Source: Octopus sinensis (lineage: Eukaryota). From it: a DNA stretch of 64,000 nt. Where the stretch lies: the NCBI RefSeq assembly GCF_006345805.1, contig NC_043004.1, positions 31,124,001-31,188,000 of the forward strand, in the 5' to 3' direction. Below the pieces are notes generated by a model. That model made no database searches. It saw only the letters and a list, made by a program, of their open reading frames with translations, and had not been told where the DNA came from. Position numbers and translations under genes: made by a program. Positions 38,059 to 50,685 of this stretch are shown here, piece after piece. The first letter of the stretch is position 1. Every line of letters starts with the position of its first letter.

Positions 38059-41000
38059 GTTTAATAAACATAAGAATAAAAAGAAAATCTCAAAACAAAG
38101 TTTTCTTAACGCTTTTAACACCAACCCACCTGAGACGGCATTTGATTCTGTGATACAAACCTCCAGTTTGAAAGTGATCCAAATTAAAACCTTCCATCAA
38201 AATTTCATGTTAATTTCATGTTCCAAGCACCAAATTAACAATGACTTAGGATATTTTATTAAATTTTTAACTATTTTCAGAATGAATTGAAGCAAAGATA
38301 GTGTATTTTAACAGAAATTTGGTAACACCATACCCATATCAAAGTGCTATTACATTTAAGCACAAATGTTTGATCAGGACAGACTGCTTGATAACGTGCT
38401 TGGAGGTATTAGACTCATTTTTAATGTGCATGGAGATATCAGCAATAAATAAAAATATTAATTCTGCATCTGGGAGATTTAAGTGCATTGTTAAGAAAAT
38501 TTTCAATATTTAATCAGTTATCTCAGCATAAAACTGATTTACTTTGTATTTGTTGTGATTTCCCTATGAATAGATGGTGAGTAATGGATTGCATTCAGGT
38601 GGTTAGCTCATTATTTTGACATCAATAATTCAATAGGAAATCAATATTTGAAAAAAAGCCTCATTATGACTGAAGAGAACAGCAATATTGTTATGTTGAA
38701 ATTATGTTGCTACAAGACACTAAATTTAAGTGATTACTTCAGATTCTATATCAAACAGACACTGAAGAGGACACAATGAATTATAGAAATTTGGCACACA
38801 TTAAAGTAGTGAATCAAAGTTTTTTTGGGTTTTTTTTAAAACAAAAATGTCTGCCCTAACATTTGCTCAAAGAATTCAAATAATTGAAAACAATTGAGGA
38901 TATTATTGGGACAAAGTTGAAAAGAAGATAGCAAAATGTGTATGTTTGATTAATACAAATTATAGAAACAATATAGGTAGAAGACACTTGCCCAAAAATC
39001 CTAAGAGTCATTGGAAGATTAGAAGAGTTAAAATAGAAAGGAATATGTGATATGTTTAATGCTTTTCATATCTGATTTCAATTGAAATACACTGCCTTTG
39101 CTTCAATCAATTTTGAAAATAAGGATTTAGTAACATATCTGAAGTCATTATTATGCTGGTGTTTGGAATAAAATCAACATGAAATTTTAGTTCAGTTTAG
39201 AATAGGAAGCTGCTATCATACAACCAGTCTTGGACAGTTTGATATCAAAGGATTTAAGGAATAATTATAGAAATAAGCTAACATAATAGTTAAAGACATC
39301 AGTGGAAAAACTAACTAGAAAGATCACAAATCAAAAACTATAAAAATAAACCTAAGTTGAGTAGTGAAGAAAGAATACTTCAATTGCAGGTGACAGAATT
39401 TGTCTGGTGGTATAAAATTAAGATTATTCAGAAGCAGAATGAATTGTCAGAGAAAAAAAAATTTCAAATCAGTAATTACACAAGTATGACAGAAGAATAC
39501 AAGAGTTGTTTGGAATATCTAGTAGTGTAATTAAATGCAAAGTGAAGTTTGAGGTCTACCACTGGTATGCAATGTTATTTGGTTTCAACTAAAAGAACTG
39601 TAAATTTTGCAATGCATTCTTGGTGTCCATAGATACAGTACCTAGCTCTGATAAATGCAGTGCAGCAAATGAGAAATATATTTCCTTTGTGGATTGGATA
39701 TTAATAGCAAAGATCCCAGTAGATCTGAAATTTATTTTGCAGCTGAGGAAGCTGATAATGAAAGTAGAATTGACATGAACAACACAACAATATAAAAATA
39801 TGAACTTAAAATACATGTCTGTAACATCTTGAACTTAGTTAAATTCACTGGAAACAAAATGAGTGCATTAGGTAATTGAATAGAAATTATGACAATGAAG
39901 TGATAATAAAGGTAGCTGTTTCTTAGAATAACGAGATAGTATACTAACTAATTTACCACACACTTAATAATAAATAATGCATCAAAATCACAATATACAC
40001 AGAAAGGCAACAGTGAGAGATCCAAACAAATTTGTGATTCAAAGTATGTTTCCAGTAACTTATAAGTGGTGAAAGATCAACACAATATTCGCAGTGAATA
40101 AAAATGTTTCAAGCAGTAACAATATCAATTAAATAGATTTAATTTATACAAACATAACAAACTAATTAAACCATTTTAACACAAGAATATTTTTGGTAAA
40201 CAAAACCTTTAATTTTCAAACATTCTTCAAGTATCAAGTTATTTAGAAATATCAAATATTTGCTAATTATTTCTAAAGTGATCATCAAAATATAATTAAA
40301 TTAAACTAATATAACTTCTAACTCAATACTTAAATAATGAAGTTTATATTCTATTCTACACTTTAATTTAATAAGCTGATTTCTTTTGACTAGGCACAAC
40401 CAGCCTGTCAACCAAAAAAAACATGGTAAATTGATTCAACCCAAGTATATTTCTGTTACTTCTTTTATTGACACAGATGAAAGAGATTTCATTTATAACT
40501 GGGAAACTACAGAAAACTTTTTGACCTACACTAACAACTTTATAGATTCTTAACTGATACATTATGAATAACCTTTATAATACAAAATTACTAAAGTCAT
40601 TTCGCAGGCAAATATTTTTTCTCATTTATAAGAGATTCAAGATGGCATATATGTGAGGAATAGCTTACATGTGCAGGCATGGCTGTGTGATTGAGAAGTT
40701 TCCTTCCCAACCACGTGGTTTCAAGTCCAGTCGCACAGCACAGCATCTTGGGTGAGTGTCGTCTACTAAAACCAAGGTCAGCCAAAGTCTTGTGGTATTG
40801 TCAGTTCTCTTGTTAACAAATCATTCACCTACTTCCCTCCTTCAAAGTTGTATGGAATAAAAGATTTACTTGGAAAGCAGGTAAAGGTTAAGGCAGTAAG
40901 AGCAACCAGCTGTAAAACATATTCATCTAACCCATGCTATCATGGAATAATAGGCATAAAACAAATGAATGAATATCTACAAGAAATAATTGTGTACATT

Positions 41001-42177
41001 TTATAACTTTTTAACTTTGATAATTTGTGAATAAAGGAATTTAAGGAGTATTTCCAGAAGTCAGGTCTTTGTCCAAGACTAAAATCATTTAATAACTGTA
41101 TTCATTCCTGTTTATGTTTCAATTTTCGAAAGGTCTTTAATTAGTCTTGCAACCAGACTAAAGAAACATTTGTCTCTGGTCAAAACACTGATTTTGCTTG
41201 GTAGGAATGTGTCAGGTTTTAAATCAAGTCAACATGACATTTTGGAGATTCAAATGAGAAAAACAGTGCTAGTTAAACTATGCAAAAAAACAAACTAATT
41301 TGTGGAAAATTTATTCTGCATGACAAGTTGTCAAAAGTTGTCCAACGGTTTGGTCAGAGCTGAGAATTAGTTTTGACAGGTATAGCAGATGTTGCACTAT
41401 TAGCTGGATAAGTGCAGTTTGAAAACAAGAACAAGCACTGCACAAACACTGAACCACTTATGATAGCTACAATTTTTACTGCATCATTATATCACTGTCC
41501 AAGGATTGATTCAGAAACTCAATTCTTCTTCCACAGTTCTTTAACACTTTCCAGTGTCTAACACAGGAAAATATGACATATATGAACTTTATTTGCTCCA
41601 GTTGTTAACTTATAACTCCCAGATTTATGTTTTGCATAAAAAGAAATATTAAGACCCACCACTATTTGAACAAATATAATCATTGAGATTTATTTACTAC
41701 AGCTTGATCAATTGCTTTCTCTTTCATAAAACATAAGCATTTTAATGTTAACTTTTCTATACCTGCACGAGTCAGATGGATTTCAATGAAGCAAATTTTT
41801 CTACAGCTGAATGGCCTTCCTGTTACCAATCCTGACTTGTTTCCAAGTTGAGCTGGACAGGTTTTCAAAGAAGACTAGAAGCAAATGTGACACCACTTGT
41901 ATGATGGTGATGCTCACTTACATCTATAAAGCCGTGTCAAGAAAAGGAGACACACATACACACCAATAGACTTCTTTCAGTTCCTGTCTAGGAAATCCAT
42001 TCACAAGGTTTTGGGCTGGCCCAGAGCTATAGAAGACACTGGACTGAACCTAAAACCATGGGGCTGGAAAGCAAACTTCTAAACCACACAGCTATGCTTG
42101 CATTTCATAGCCATATTTACATGTGTATATATATATTTTTGTGTTTATTTCAGACACACACACACACACACATGTGT

Positions 42178-42223
<46 letters not shown>

Positions 42224-42368
42224 ATGACACTTGCTCAAGGTGTCACTCAGTGGGACTGAACCCAAAACCATATGGTTGCAAAGTGAGCTTCTTAATCACA
42301 CAGCCATGTCTGCACTTACACCATTTGATATCCTAATTAAAAGAAATCCAAACACACACATGCACACA

Positions 42369-42408
<40 letters not shown>

Positions 42409-42739
42409 CTGAGAGATAGAGTAATTTATACTCAAAAGATGGAGTATGATGGGGGGGAAAAATCTGCAAGCTCCACTTTCTGCTGCAGTTTTTTTTTTTT
42501 TTTTTTTTCTTTTGAGCACTTGAATTTTTACAGACTGACATTTAAAAGTATTAGCAGTCAAGAAATGATAGACAAGTGTAGGGATACTTTATCCACCTTC
42601 CAGAACATTCTGAAAAACCTGCTTATAATCAAATATGTATTAAAATTATAAACTACCTAAATTCCCATATAACTTCATTGTATGGCAACCTCACATCACA
42701 AATATGACAGACTGATCCCAAAATGTGTTTGTTTTTCAT

Positions 42740-43391
42740 TTAACCCTTTTGCATTTAAACTGGGCATATCCAGCCCAAATATTCTACCTACTTTACATTC
42801 AAACCAGCCAAATTTGACCCCTTACACTTACCATGCAATGTCAGTCTGAAAACAATCACATTATTGAAATCTCAAAAGCTATGAGATAGTGCATAATTAA
42901 TGCAAAACAATAGGCGCAGGAGTGGCTGTGTGGTAAGTAGCTTGCTTACCAACCACATGGTTCTGGGTTCAGTCCCACTGCGTGGCATCTTGGGCAAGTG
43001 TCTTCTGCTATAGCCCCAGGCCGACCAATGCCTTGTGAGTGGATTTGGTAGACGGAAACTGAAAGAAGCCCGTCGTATATATGTATGTATATATATATAT
43101 ATATATATACATATATATGTGTGTGTTTGTGTGTCTGTGTTTGTCCCCCTAGCATTGCTTGACAACCGATGCTGGTGTGTTTACGTCCCCGTCACTTAGC
43201 AGTTCGGCAAAAGAGACCGATAGAATAAGTACTGGGCTTACAAAAAATAAGTCCCAGGGTCGATTTGCTCGACTAAAGGCGGTGCTCCAGCATGGCCGCA
43301 GTCAAATGACTGAAACAAGTAAAAGAGTAAAGAGTAATATAATTAAGTATACATTACATTTGACGAAATAATTTGAATGCTAAAGGGTTAA
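42740..43391 (-). mobile_element. MITE family D split by a family A SINE
   Basis: MITE halves at 42740-42911 and 43338-43391 carry TTAACCC / GGGTTAA ends. Confidence 0.75.
42912..43337 (+). mobile_element. Young tRNA-derived SINE (family A), best copy
   Basis: A box TGGCTGTGTGG (42923-42933), B box GGTTCAGTCCC (42966-42976), internal (TA)/(TG) tract, retained CpGs and a gtaaaagag tail. Confidence 0.9.
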
Positions 43392-43737
43392 GACATAATT
43401 ACTTGTAAGAGAACTTGATCATTTTGCCAAATTACATGCAAAACAAATACAGAAATTATCATATATTCCCTTGAATAAGCTAAATTAGAAAAGTAAAAAA
43501 AATTACCTTCAACTATTTTTCTAATCATACAGCTCTAGGTTATGTCCCATGGTAGAAGCCCTTTGTGTTTTGTTTGCTTTTAGGCCAGATTTTCCATGTT
43601 AACATAGGTTAGGTGAATATACTAATGAGGCATTATTTTACCTCCTGATGCTAGCCTTTACCTGTTTTCAAAAGTGCAGAGCCAGCAGATGATTTGTGGA
43701 CAAAGAAATGACAATATACTATCACCAAGTGCATATG

Positions 43738-43740
43738 TTA

Positions 43741-43771
<31 letters not shown>

Positions 43772-44020
43772 CACACACACATATATATATACACACATAT
43801 ATATATATATACACACACACACATATATACACACATATATATATATATACACACACACACATATATATACACACATATATATATACACACACACACATAT
43901 ATATATACACACACACACACACACATATATATATACACACACATATATATATACACACATATATATATACACACATATATATATATACACACATATTATA
44001 TATATAAAGAGAGAGAGAGA
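43738..44020. repeat. Compound (CA)n/(TA)n microsatellite
   Basis: Direct inspection. Confidence 0.97.
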
Positions 44021-45874
44021 GACTTTGTATAGTTTCCAGCTACCAAATTCACTAACAGTGGTTATAGTACAAGTCTCTAATGAAACTGAAACCAAAATTG
44101 TGAAAAAAACTTAGCCACCCTGCCATTCCTATGCCACATCCAAATGCCACCCCCCCCCCCCTGCTCATATACATACAGAGACACCAAGAAAAATTGTAAA
44201 CAATGATGTGATACCAAATTAGCAATGTTACTGAATAACTATAACCTGTGGTGCTTCTGCTGTGCTAGACAATCACTTAACACTGGGTGGGGGTCATCAA
44301 AAATACAGAGAACCACCAACTGGCCTTGCTATGATTCACCAAGATGATATTAAATAATTCTAAACTTCTATATCATCATCATCATCTTTTAGCGTCCGTT
44401 TTTCATGCTAGCATGGGTTGGACAGTTCAACTGGGGTCTGTGAAGCTGGAAGGCTTCATCAGGCCCAGTCAGATCTGGCAGTGTTTCTACGGCTGGATGC
44501 CCTTCCTAATGCCAACCACTCCGTGAGTGTAGTGGGTGCTTTTTACGTGCCATATATCATATATCTATATGATAAACATTAAAAGGTCAACATATAAAAA
44601 AAATGAATTCCTCAACCAAACTGTAGAATCTGGCTAGAATGGTCAAATTCAACTATGCTTCAGTTCCATCTAAGATTGAACAGAGTAATGGATTTGCTTG
44701 ATGAGTTAGAACAGTTGTTCAACCTAGTAACAAGTATTTTTGCTAAAAGAATCAAAGAAATTTTAATATTCTAGGTGAAGGTGAAGGTAATATAAAATAC
44801 AGTTGATAGTGTCTATTATTTGAAATTCCAAAAATCTGAAAGCTTTCAAAACTGGAAATTATTTTCAATGAGTAAAAAGCAACGAACAGAAAATTCTAGA
44901 AAGTGCTCAGAAAGGAATTTTTCCTGGAAAATGGGAGTGAGCATAAAACAAAAGCTAAAAAGAGGGAAGTGATGTGTAGCTGTTTTATGTGGTTGACACA
45001 AAGTAAAATTCTAACATAGATTTGTCTTAATGAAAAGAGAAACTTTTATGCCATAAGGAAGTGGGTGAGAGTATAAATTTAAGTAAAACTACCTTCACAT
45101 AATCTATATAAAGAAACACAAATGGAGGACACGTTTAGATTAAGATCCCTAGCTATCTCACTGTATAGATGCAAGTACTTGGGATGTGAAGCACTTGCAG
45201 TCCCAAGAAATGTAGACTAAAGGATTAGTCTACATTAGTCATTATCATCATTTAACATCTCATGTTCAATGCTGACATAGGTTGGATGGTTTTCAGGATC
45301 ATGCTCACGTCTATCTTGGCATTGTTTCTACAGTTGAAAGCCCTTCCTAATGCCAACATCATGTACTGGGTTCTTTTTTCATGCCACCAGCACTAGTGAG
45401 GTATCCATGCGCCTTTTTCAAAACTACAAACCCCAAGAGAGGCAGCTTAGAAAATAGGAATTAAAATATGAAAGGGGCCAGAGCAGAAAAATGTTTCTTG
45501 CTGTAGAGATGCTACATGGCTACTCACATTTTGAAAGAGATGGTGGTGGGGTAATCAAGATGGCATTAGTAAGAAATAAAAATAGTGGTGATGAGGTGCC
45601 TGAGTTCACCCTCGATGTAGGTGGTGAGAAGTGAGTGAACTATATCAAATCACATTACTACCAGAATAAATTAAAATGAATACAGAAAAGAATAGCTATC
45701 TAACAAAGTACTGCCATATATAATTTAAATTCTAACATCCATAAATCAGTTTTCTAAATGTCAGTATAGTTACCTAAATAATGTGAATATATTCTTTTCA
45801 AAAATATGAATTTCTTGACATTATGCACAAAGAATACATTTTTTTAAATGATGATTGTCTACACAAAGACTTGA

Positions 45875-45894
45875 TTCTCTTTCTCCAGGTAAGT
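45875..45894 (+). other. Juxtaposed 3'ss/5'ss (recursive-splice-type site), or donor of an unresolved exon
   Basis: TTCTCTTTCTCCAG|GTAAGT: a 12-nt pure pyrimidine run and AG immediately followed by the perfect donor. Confidence 0.5.
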
Positions 45895-46523
45895 AACATG
45901 AAAACATTTATCTCAGTTCAAAATTGGACTATGGTCATGCTGGGGCATTACCTCAATGGATTTTAGTCAAACAAATATCCCTAGTACTTATTTCAAGTTT
46001 GGTCCTTACACTATCAATTTCTTTTGCCAAACTGCTAAGTTACAGGGATGTAAACAAACCAACCACAGGTTGTCAAGCAGTAGTGGGGAACAGACACAAA
46101 GACACAAACACACACACCAGACTTCTACATGGTTTCTGTCAACAAAATTGACTCACAATTGGTCAGTCCAAAGTTATAGTAGAAGGCACTTGTTCAAGGT
46201 GCTGTGCAGTGATATGAACCTGAAACCTTCCCACACAAAAATCATACCATCTGCCCTTCAATCAAGAAAGAAAGAATCTCGTTGTTACCAGCAATAGATA
46301 TTTTCCACTATTCCGTCTCTTCATATCTGTACATGTGTATAATATCTCTCCAGATATCCAAAAATTAGAGAAAGAAAATTGCTGGTAAAAACCTTTCGAT
46401 ATTATTTCAAAATTATTATACACAGTTATACTCACACTATAATAAAGAATATATTAAAATAACTTTGCTGTTAATAAGCCAATGTTCGAAACAAATTAGC
46501 ATGAAATTTCAATTTGGATCACT

Positions 46524-46748
46524 TTAACCCAGCATTTAAACAGGCCATATCCGGCCAAAAGTATTCTGCCTGTTTTATGTTCAAACTGGCCAGATCTAGT
46601 CTCTCACACCAACCCTACATATCGTTTTAAAAATTAACAGCTACCTCATCAAAATCTCATAGCTACAAGATAATGCATGATTAGTTCAAAACAAAGTGGA
46701 TGAAAAAGGATTAATTTTGGCAGAATAATGCGAACACTAAAGGGTTAA
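46524..46748 (-). mobile_element. piggyBac-type MITE family D (inverted copy)
   Basis: Its reverse complement aligns along the 47239 copy. Confidence 0.8.
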
Positions 46749-47238
46749 AGCTGAATGCTTGTACCAAGGGCATTTTGAACAGGTTGGTATCAAAAGGATT
46801 ATGCACCTGTCATATCCGATAGTGTTCTCAGAGTATAAACAGAACCTTTATTATATCCATGGGTAGTTCTTATTACATTGTCCATACCAAAGATATTTTC
46901 CCACTTGTGATGTCACATATATCATCTGACTGTCCCAGGGACTGAACTCAAGCCCACTACCTAAATTACTACACTTGACTCCTAACCAACACCTATATTT
47001 ACCATCCTCTTGACTAGCAGGAACATTGGGTTACAGAAATTAGGAACGTTAAAGCTAACAGGTTTTTTTTTCTTAAAACTCTTAATTTCCATTATTAAGC
47101 ATTAGGTGGTTAATGCAGTTAGTAACATAGTTGGTGGGTGTAAGTTCAATTACAGGGTCATACGTGTATATGTGTGTGTGTGAGTTTTATTTATTGACAT
47201 CACTTTACCTATTTTGTCTAATTTCTCACCTGCATTGC

Positions 47239-47467
47239 TTAACCCTTTAGTGTTCAGATTACTCTGTTAAATGTAAAGCCTTTTTTTATTAAAATTGTTT
47301 TTAATTAATCCTGCATTATCTTATAGCTTTTGAGGTTTCAGTGATGTGATTGTTTATTTTTAGAATGTCAATGTAGATTAGGTGTGAGAGGCCAGATATC
47401 GCCGGTTTGAATATAAAACATAGAATATTTGGGCCGGATATGGCCGGTTTAAACACTAAAGGGTTAA
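47239..47467 (+). mobile_element. piggyBac-type MITE family D
   Basis: TTAA|CCCTTTAG ... CTAAAGGG|TTAA. Confidence 0.8.
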
Positions 47468-49358
47468 ATGTCTTTTTAAAAGGTGTGTGTGTGTGTGTTC
47501 ATATGTGTATGTGTGTGTGTGTGTGCGTATGTATGTATGTATACACACTCACGTTGGTTCAAGTGGAATGAGCAAGTAACAACACAAGGAGGGGAGAATA
47601 ATAGAAAATCCCTGGTATGAAAACAAACAAGCTCTGTGAGTTTAATAAAGGGTTTGGTGTGAAATTCCAAGAATGTTACCAAGAGGCACCTGGACAAGAC
47701 TAGAGGGTATAATGGCTGATATGTTGCAACGATAACAACGAAGACAATACACTAGTCCAAATAAGTGTAATAAAAATGATTATTTGTCCATCAAAAAAAT
47801 TCAGGCAAAATTTATTTCAAAATTATTCTAAACATGTATTTTTCCAATAATCCATTAAATTTTATGGTAGCCTTACAGATAGGTTTAAATATCAGAAAGT
47901 AGGTTTATATATATATATATATACAATTCCAATTTAATTTTCCTTCTAATGTTGATGAAAAGAAATCAATATCCATCTCGTTATCACATAATTCAATGCT
48001 ATATAAGGAAGCTACTAATTTCATAAAATTGTATGTGTATTAGTTGACATAACCAAATACATCCATTATTTCAGAATTTCAAATAAACACAAAAATACAC
48101 ACACACACACACACAACATGCTGGAAGTCATAAAGGGGAATAAGAGCAACCTTAGGTAAAATGAATCAAGGTGTCTATGATTGAATATTTATCAAATGAT
48201 AAGTTATAAACTGGAAGTTGCCAGCTATTTTAGAGTGACTGAAATTTTTGTTACATATTAATAAAAATATTTCATGAAACTAAAACAGGTATAGAAACTA
48301 TAATATGAATGCCGACATACAGCATTACATAAGATAAAATTAATATTCATGAGAAAATTCTCCTGCAACAAATGTTTACATGTTTGATATAATTTTGACA
48401 GTTAAACAAAAATAATTTTTTTCTTTTTTGTTTTAATTAATGATACTCAATATCATTAGCATGCAATTGCTTTCATTTTTAGTTATTTTCAAGGTCAGAC
48501 TGCAGTCAATTTTACCGGCATCATTATATTTATGTTTTGTCATCAATATGAATATTTAATCAATCTTTATGTAGGAGTATTACGAGGAAATAAACAGCTT
48601 GTTACATAAAACCCAATTATTTTTTCACATGTAAAGCTGAATATTTTAATAAGTCAACAAAATTAAATCAAGAACTAGCAATTAGCTTTGTTTACATTAA
48701 TTCCTTTAGGTTTTTAGTCCATATAAAAGTTTACTTTCTTTTCAGCAACAATGTCTTCTACATTGAAAACCATAGTAGGAATTGATTTTATGCTATTTCA
48801 GTGGGATACTTAAATAGAATTTCTGTTTATAAAGATTCATAGCTATGTTAATCAGCTTCAAGCAGGATTTACAGCATAACTTATAACACGAAATTAGAAA
48901 ACATGATAAACTGGGAGAAAAACAGATACCCGTTTTTCATTTTTTCTTCTTTGAATTTCAAGTTAATCTTATTCATATCATGAGATGATAATATAAATTT
49001 TTTAAATATTTGGACTGGAAGCTATAAAATAAAACCATAATGGATGATAATAAATACAGTCACTTTAAATCATAACTACTAGAAGAGATTGTTTAAACAA
49101 ATTTAAAATAATAAAAAATATTAAAACATGTGTTCTTTATTTCATGTGTATAGGAAGGTCAGTTGCATGAAGTATATTTTTAAGAAGCAAAAATATTTAC
49201 AGACAATACATAAGGAACCATCCAGTGATGGTTGATGTATCTGTCATCCCAATATCAGCAACAGTCATTTGTTTCTATAATAAAAGGTGGCATACCTTTT
49301 AGTTATACTAACCTTTTGCTACACATTTTTAACAAATTTATATATTACAATGCAACAC

Positions 49359-49374
49359 TCATGGTACAGCTTCA
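49359..49374 (-). CDS. Candidate terminal exon (S-EAVP*)
   Basis: Acceptor gacatttttctcag| lies 114 nt after the previous donor. Phase 2 entry gives EAVP-TGA. A minus-strand AATAAA lies near 49140. Confidence 0.25.
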
Positions 49375-49488
49375 CTGAGAAAAATGTCATCAATGATTGG
49401 TAGTGACTGTTAATTTTGTTAATAACAACATGTAAACACATGAACTGACGGAGGGGTGTGTAGAAAGAAAAAAAAAGAGGGAAATTAC

Positions 49489-49621
49489 CTGAATGATTTA
49501 ACGATGGCATAAGCAGCAAAAAGGAAGTTATCAGAAAAGCTTTTATCAACTGTAGCCTTAGTATGCATCGTCCTTGGCCAGGGGAATGTTATATGAGGCT
49601 GGGTTTCCATGTTAACTGCTA
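49489..49621 (-). CDS. Candidate exon (I-AVNMETQPHITFPWPRTMHTKATVDKSFSDNFLFAAYAIVKSF-)
   Basis: Tandem CAG-TAG-CAG acceptor (an alternative in-frame acceptor lies at about 49670) and donor TTCAG|gtaatt. Only phase 1 is open. The in-register antisense frame is also open. Confidence 0.4.
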
Positions 49622-49764
49622 CTGTATTATCAATAGTAAACCAACAACTTTGACTGCTGCTGTACAAGACTGTTCAATGAAACAAATCTTTGTACAACAG
49701 CCAAATTTTATCGACCATAAGCAGCTAATATCTACTATACCAGCAAGTTGAGAGTAGAACTCAC

Positions 49765-49773
49765 TTCTTCCCA
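49765..49773 (-). CDS. Candidate 9-nt microexon (TGGGAAGAA)
   Basis: catttatcctatag|TGGGAAGAA|gtgagt. Frame-preserving. Confidence 0.3.
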
Positions 49774-50663
49774 CTATAGGATAAATGATCAACTAGTAAT
49801 CAGACACTTGAAATAAAAATCTCGTAGTGGATTTTATTTTATTTACTGATTTATTTTGTTCGACTTGTAATATTAGAGTTTTAAAAATAAGTGACAGTCA
49901 GAATATTAGAGGTGTGGTGGGAGAGGATACACCCACACTATCTTTAAACAAATTTAAATTAATTGAATGATGATAGATGAATATATTCTATTAACATTTT
50001 GAATATTGAAGTAAATATTCTGTTGTCAATCATTTCAGTAATCTAGAATTCGTGTTCATATTTAATGAAGTGTGTTATGAAGTCATATTAAACATATAGT
50101 GTTGACACTAAACATGACAGGTTCAATTTCAATCAACAGCTGACCTGCCTGGTAAAAGTAGAATATAAATGTTCAATTTGATCAATGAGTCATCATATAT
50201 AAGGTCACTAGCTAACACTAGTATAGACTGCCAAGTCTGGTTACTACATTCGATTACTTATGCAGCGATAGTTTGCAAAAAATATATATGTGTATTGACT
50301 GCAGTATATCATATGGAATGAGTACTCAAGATGTCATTGCATCAAGAACAAAAATAGCACTTCATGGAAACTGATATTAGCTTTTAAAAATATTTCTCCG
50401 TATTAAACTTGAATTATAGAAAAACTTAATGTTAGTCAGATAGTCCTTAAAGTGAATCTAATTAGAAAAACGAAGAAAAAAAAAAACTAAGCTGACATCA
50501 TTCCATCAAAAAAAATGGCTTTGTTTAGAGCAAGTGATATGACAGGTGAAGATAGATATGAAATACAATCATAACATGTATAAAACAAAAGAGTGTACAA
50601 GAAAAATAACTTTACATTCTTAGAAGGTATTACATCATAGAACTGGTTATCATTGTTGCTTAC

Positions 50664-50685
50664 AAAGATTTGATCTGACAATTAA
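50664..50685 (-). CDS. Candidate 22-nt exon (LIVRSNL)
   Basis: gttttgtttgcag| ... TTT|gtaagc. Phase 0 to phase 1. Confidence 0.3.

Noticed and set aside
42912-42985. tRNA gene
   Set aside because: Only A/B boxes are present in a multi-copy SINE head, with no full cloverleaf.
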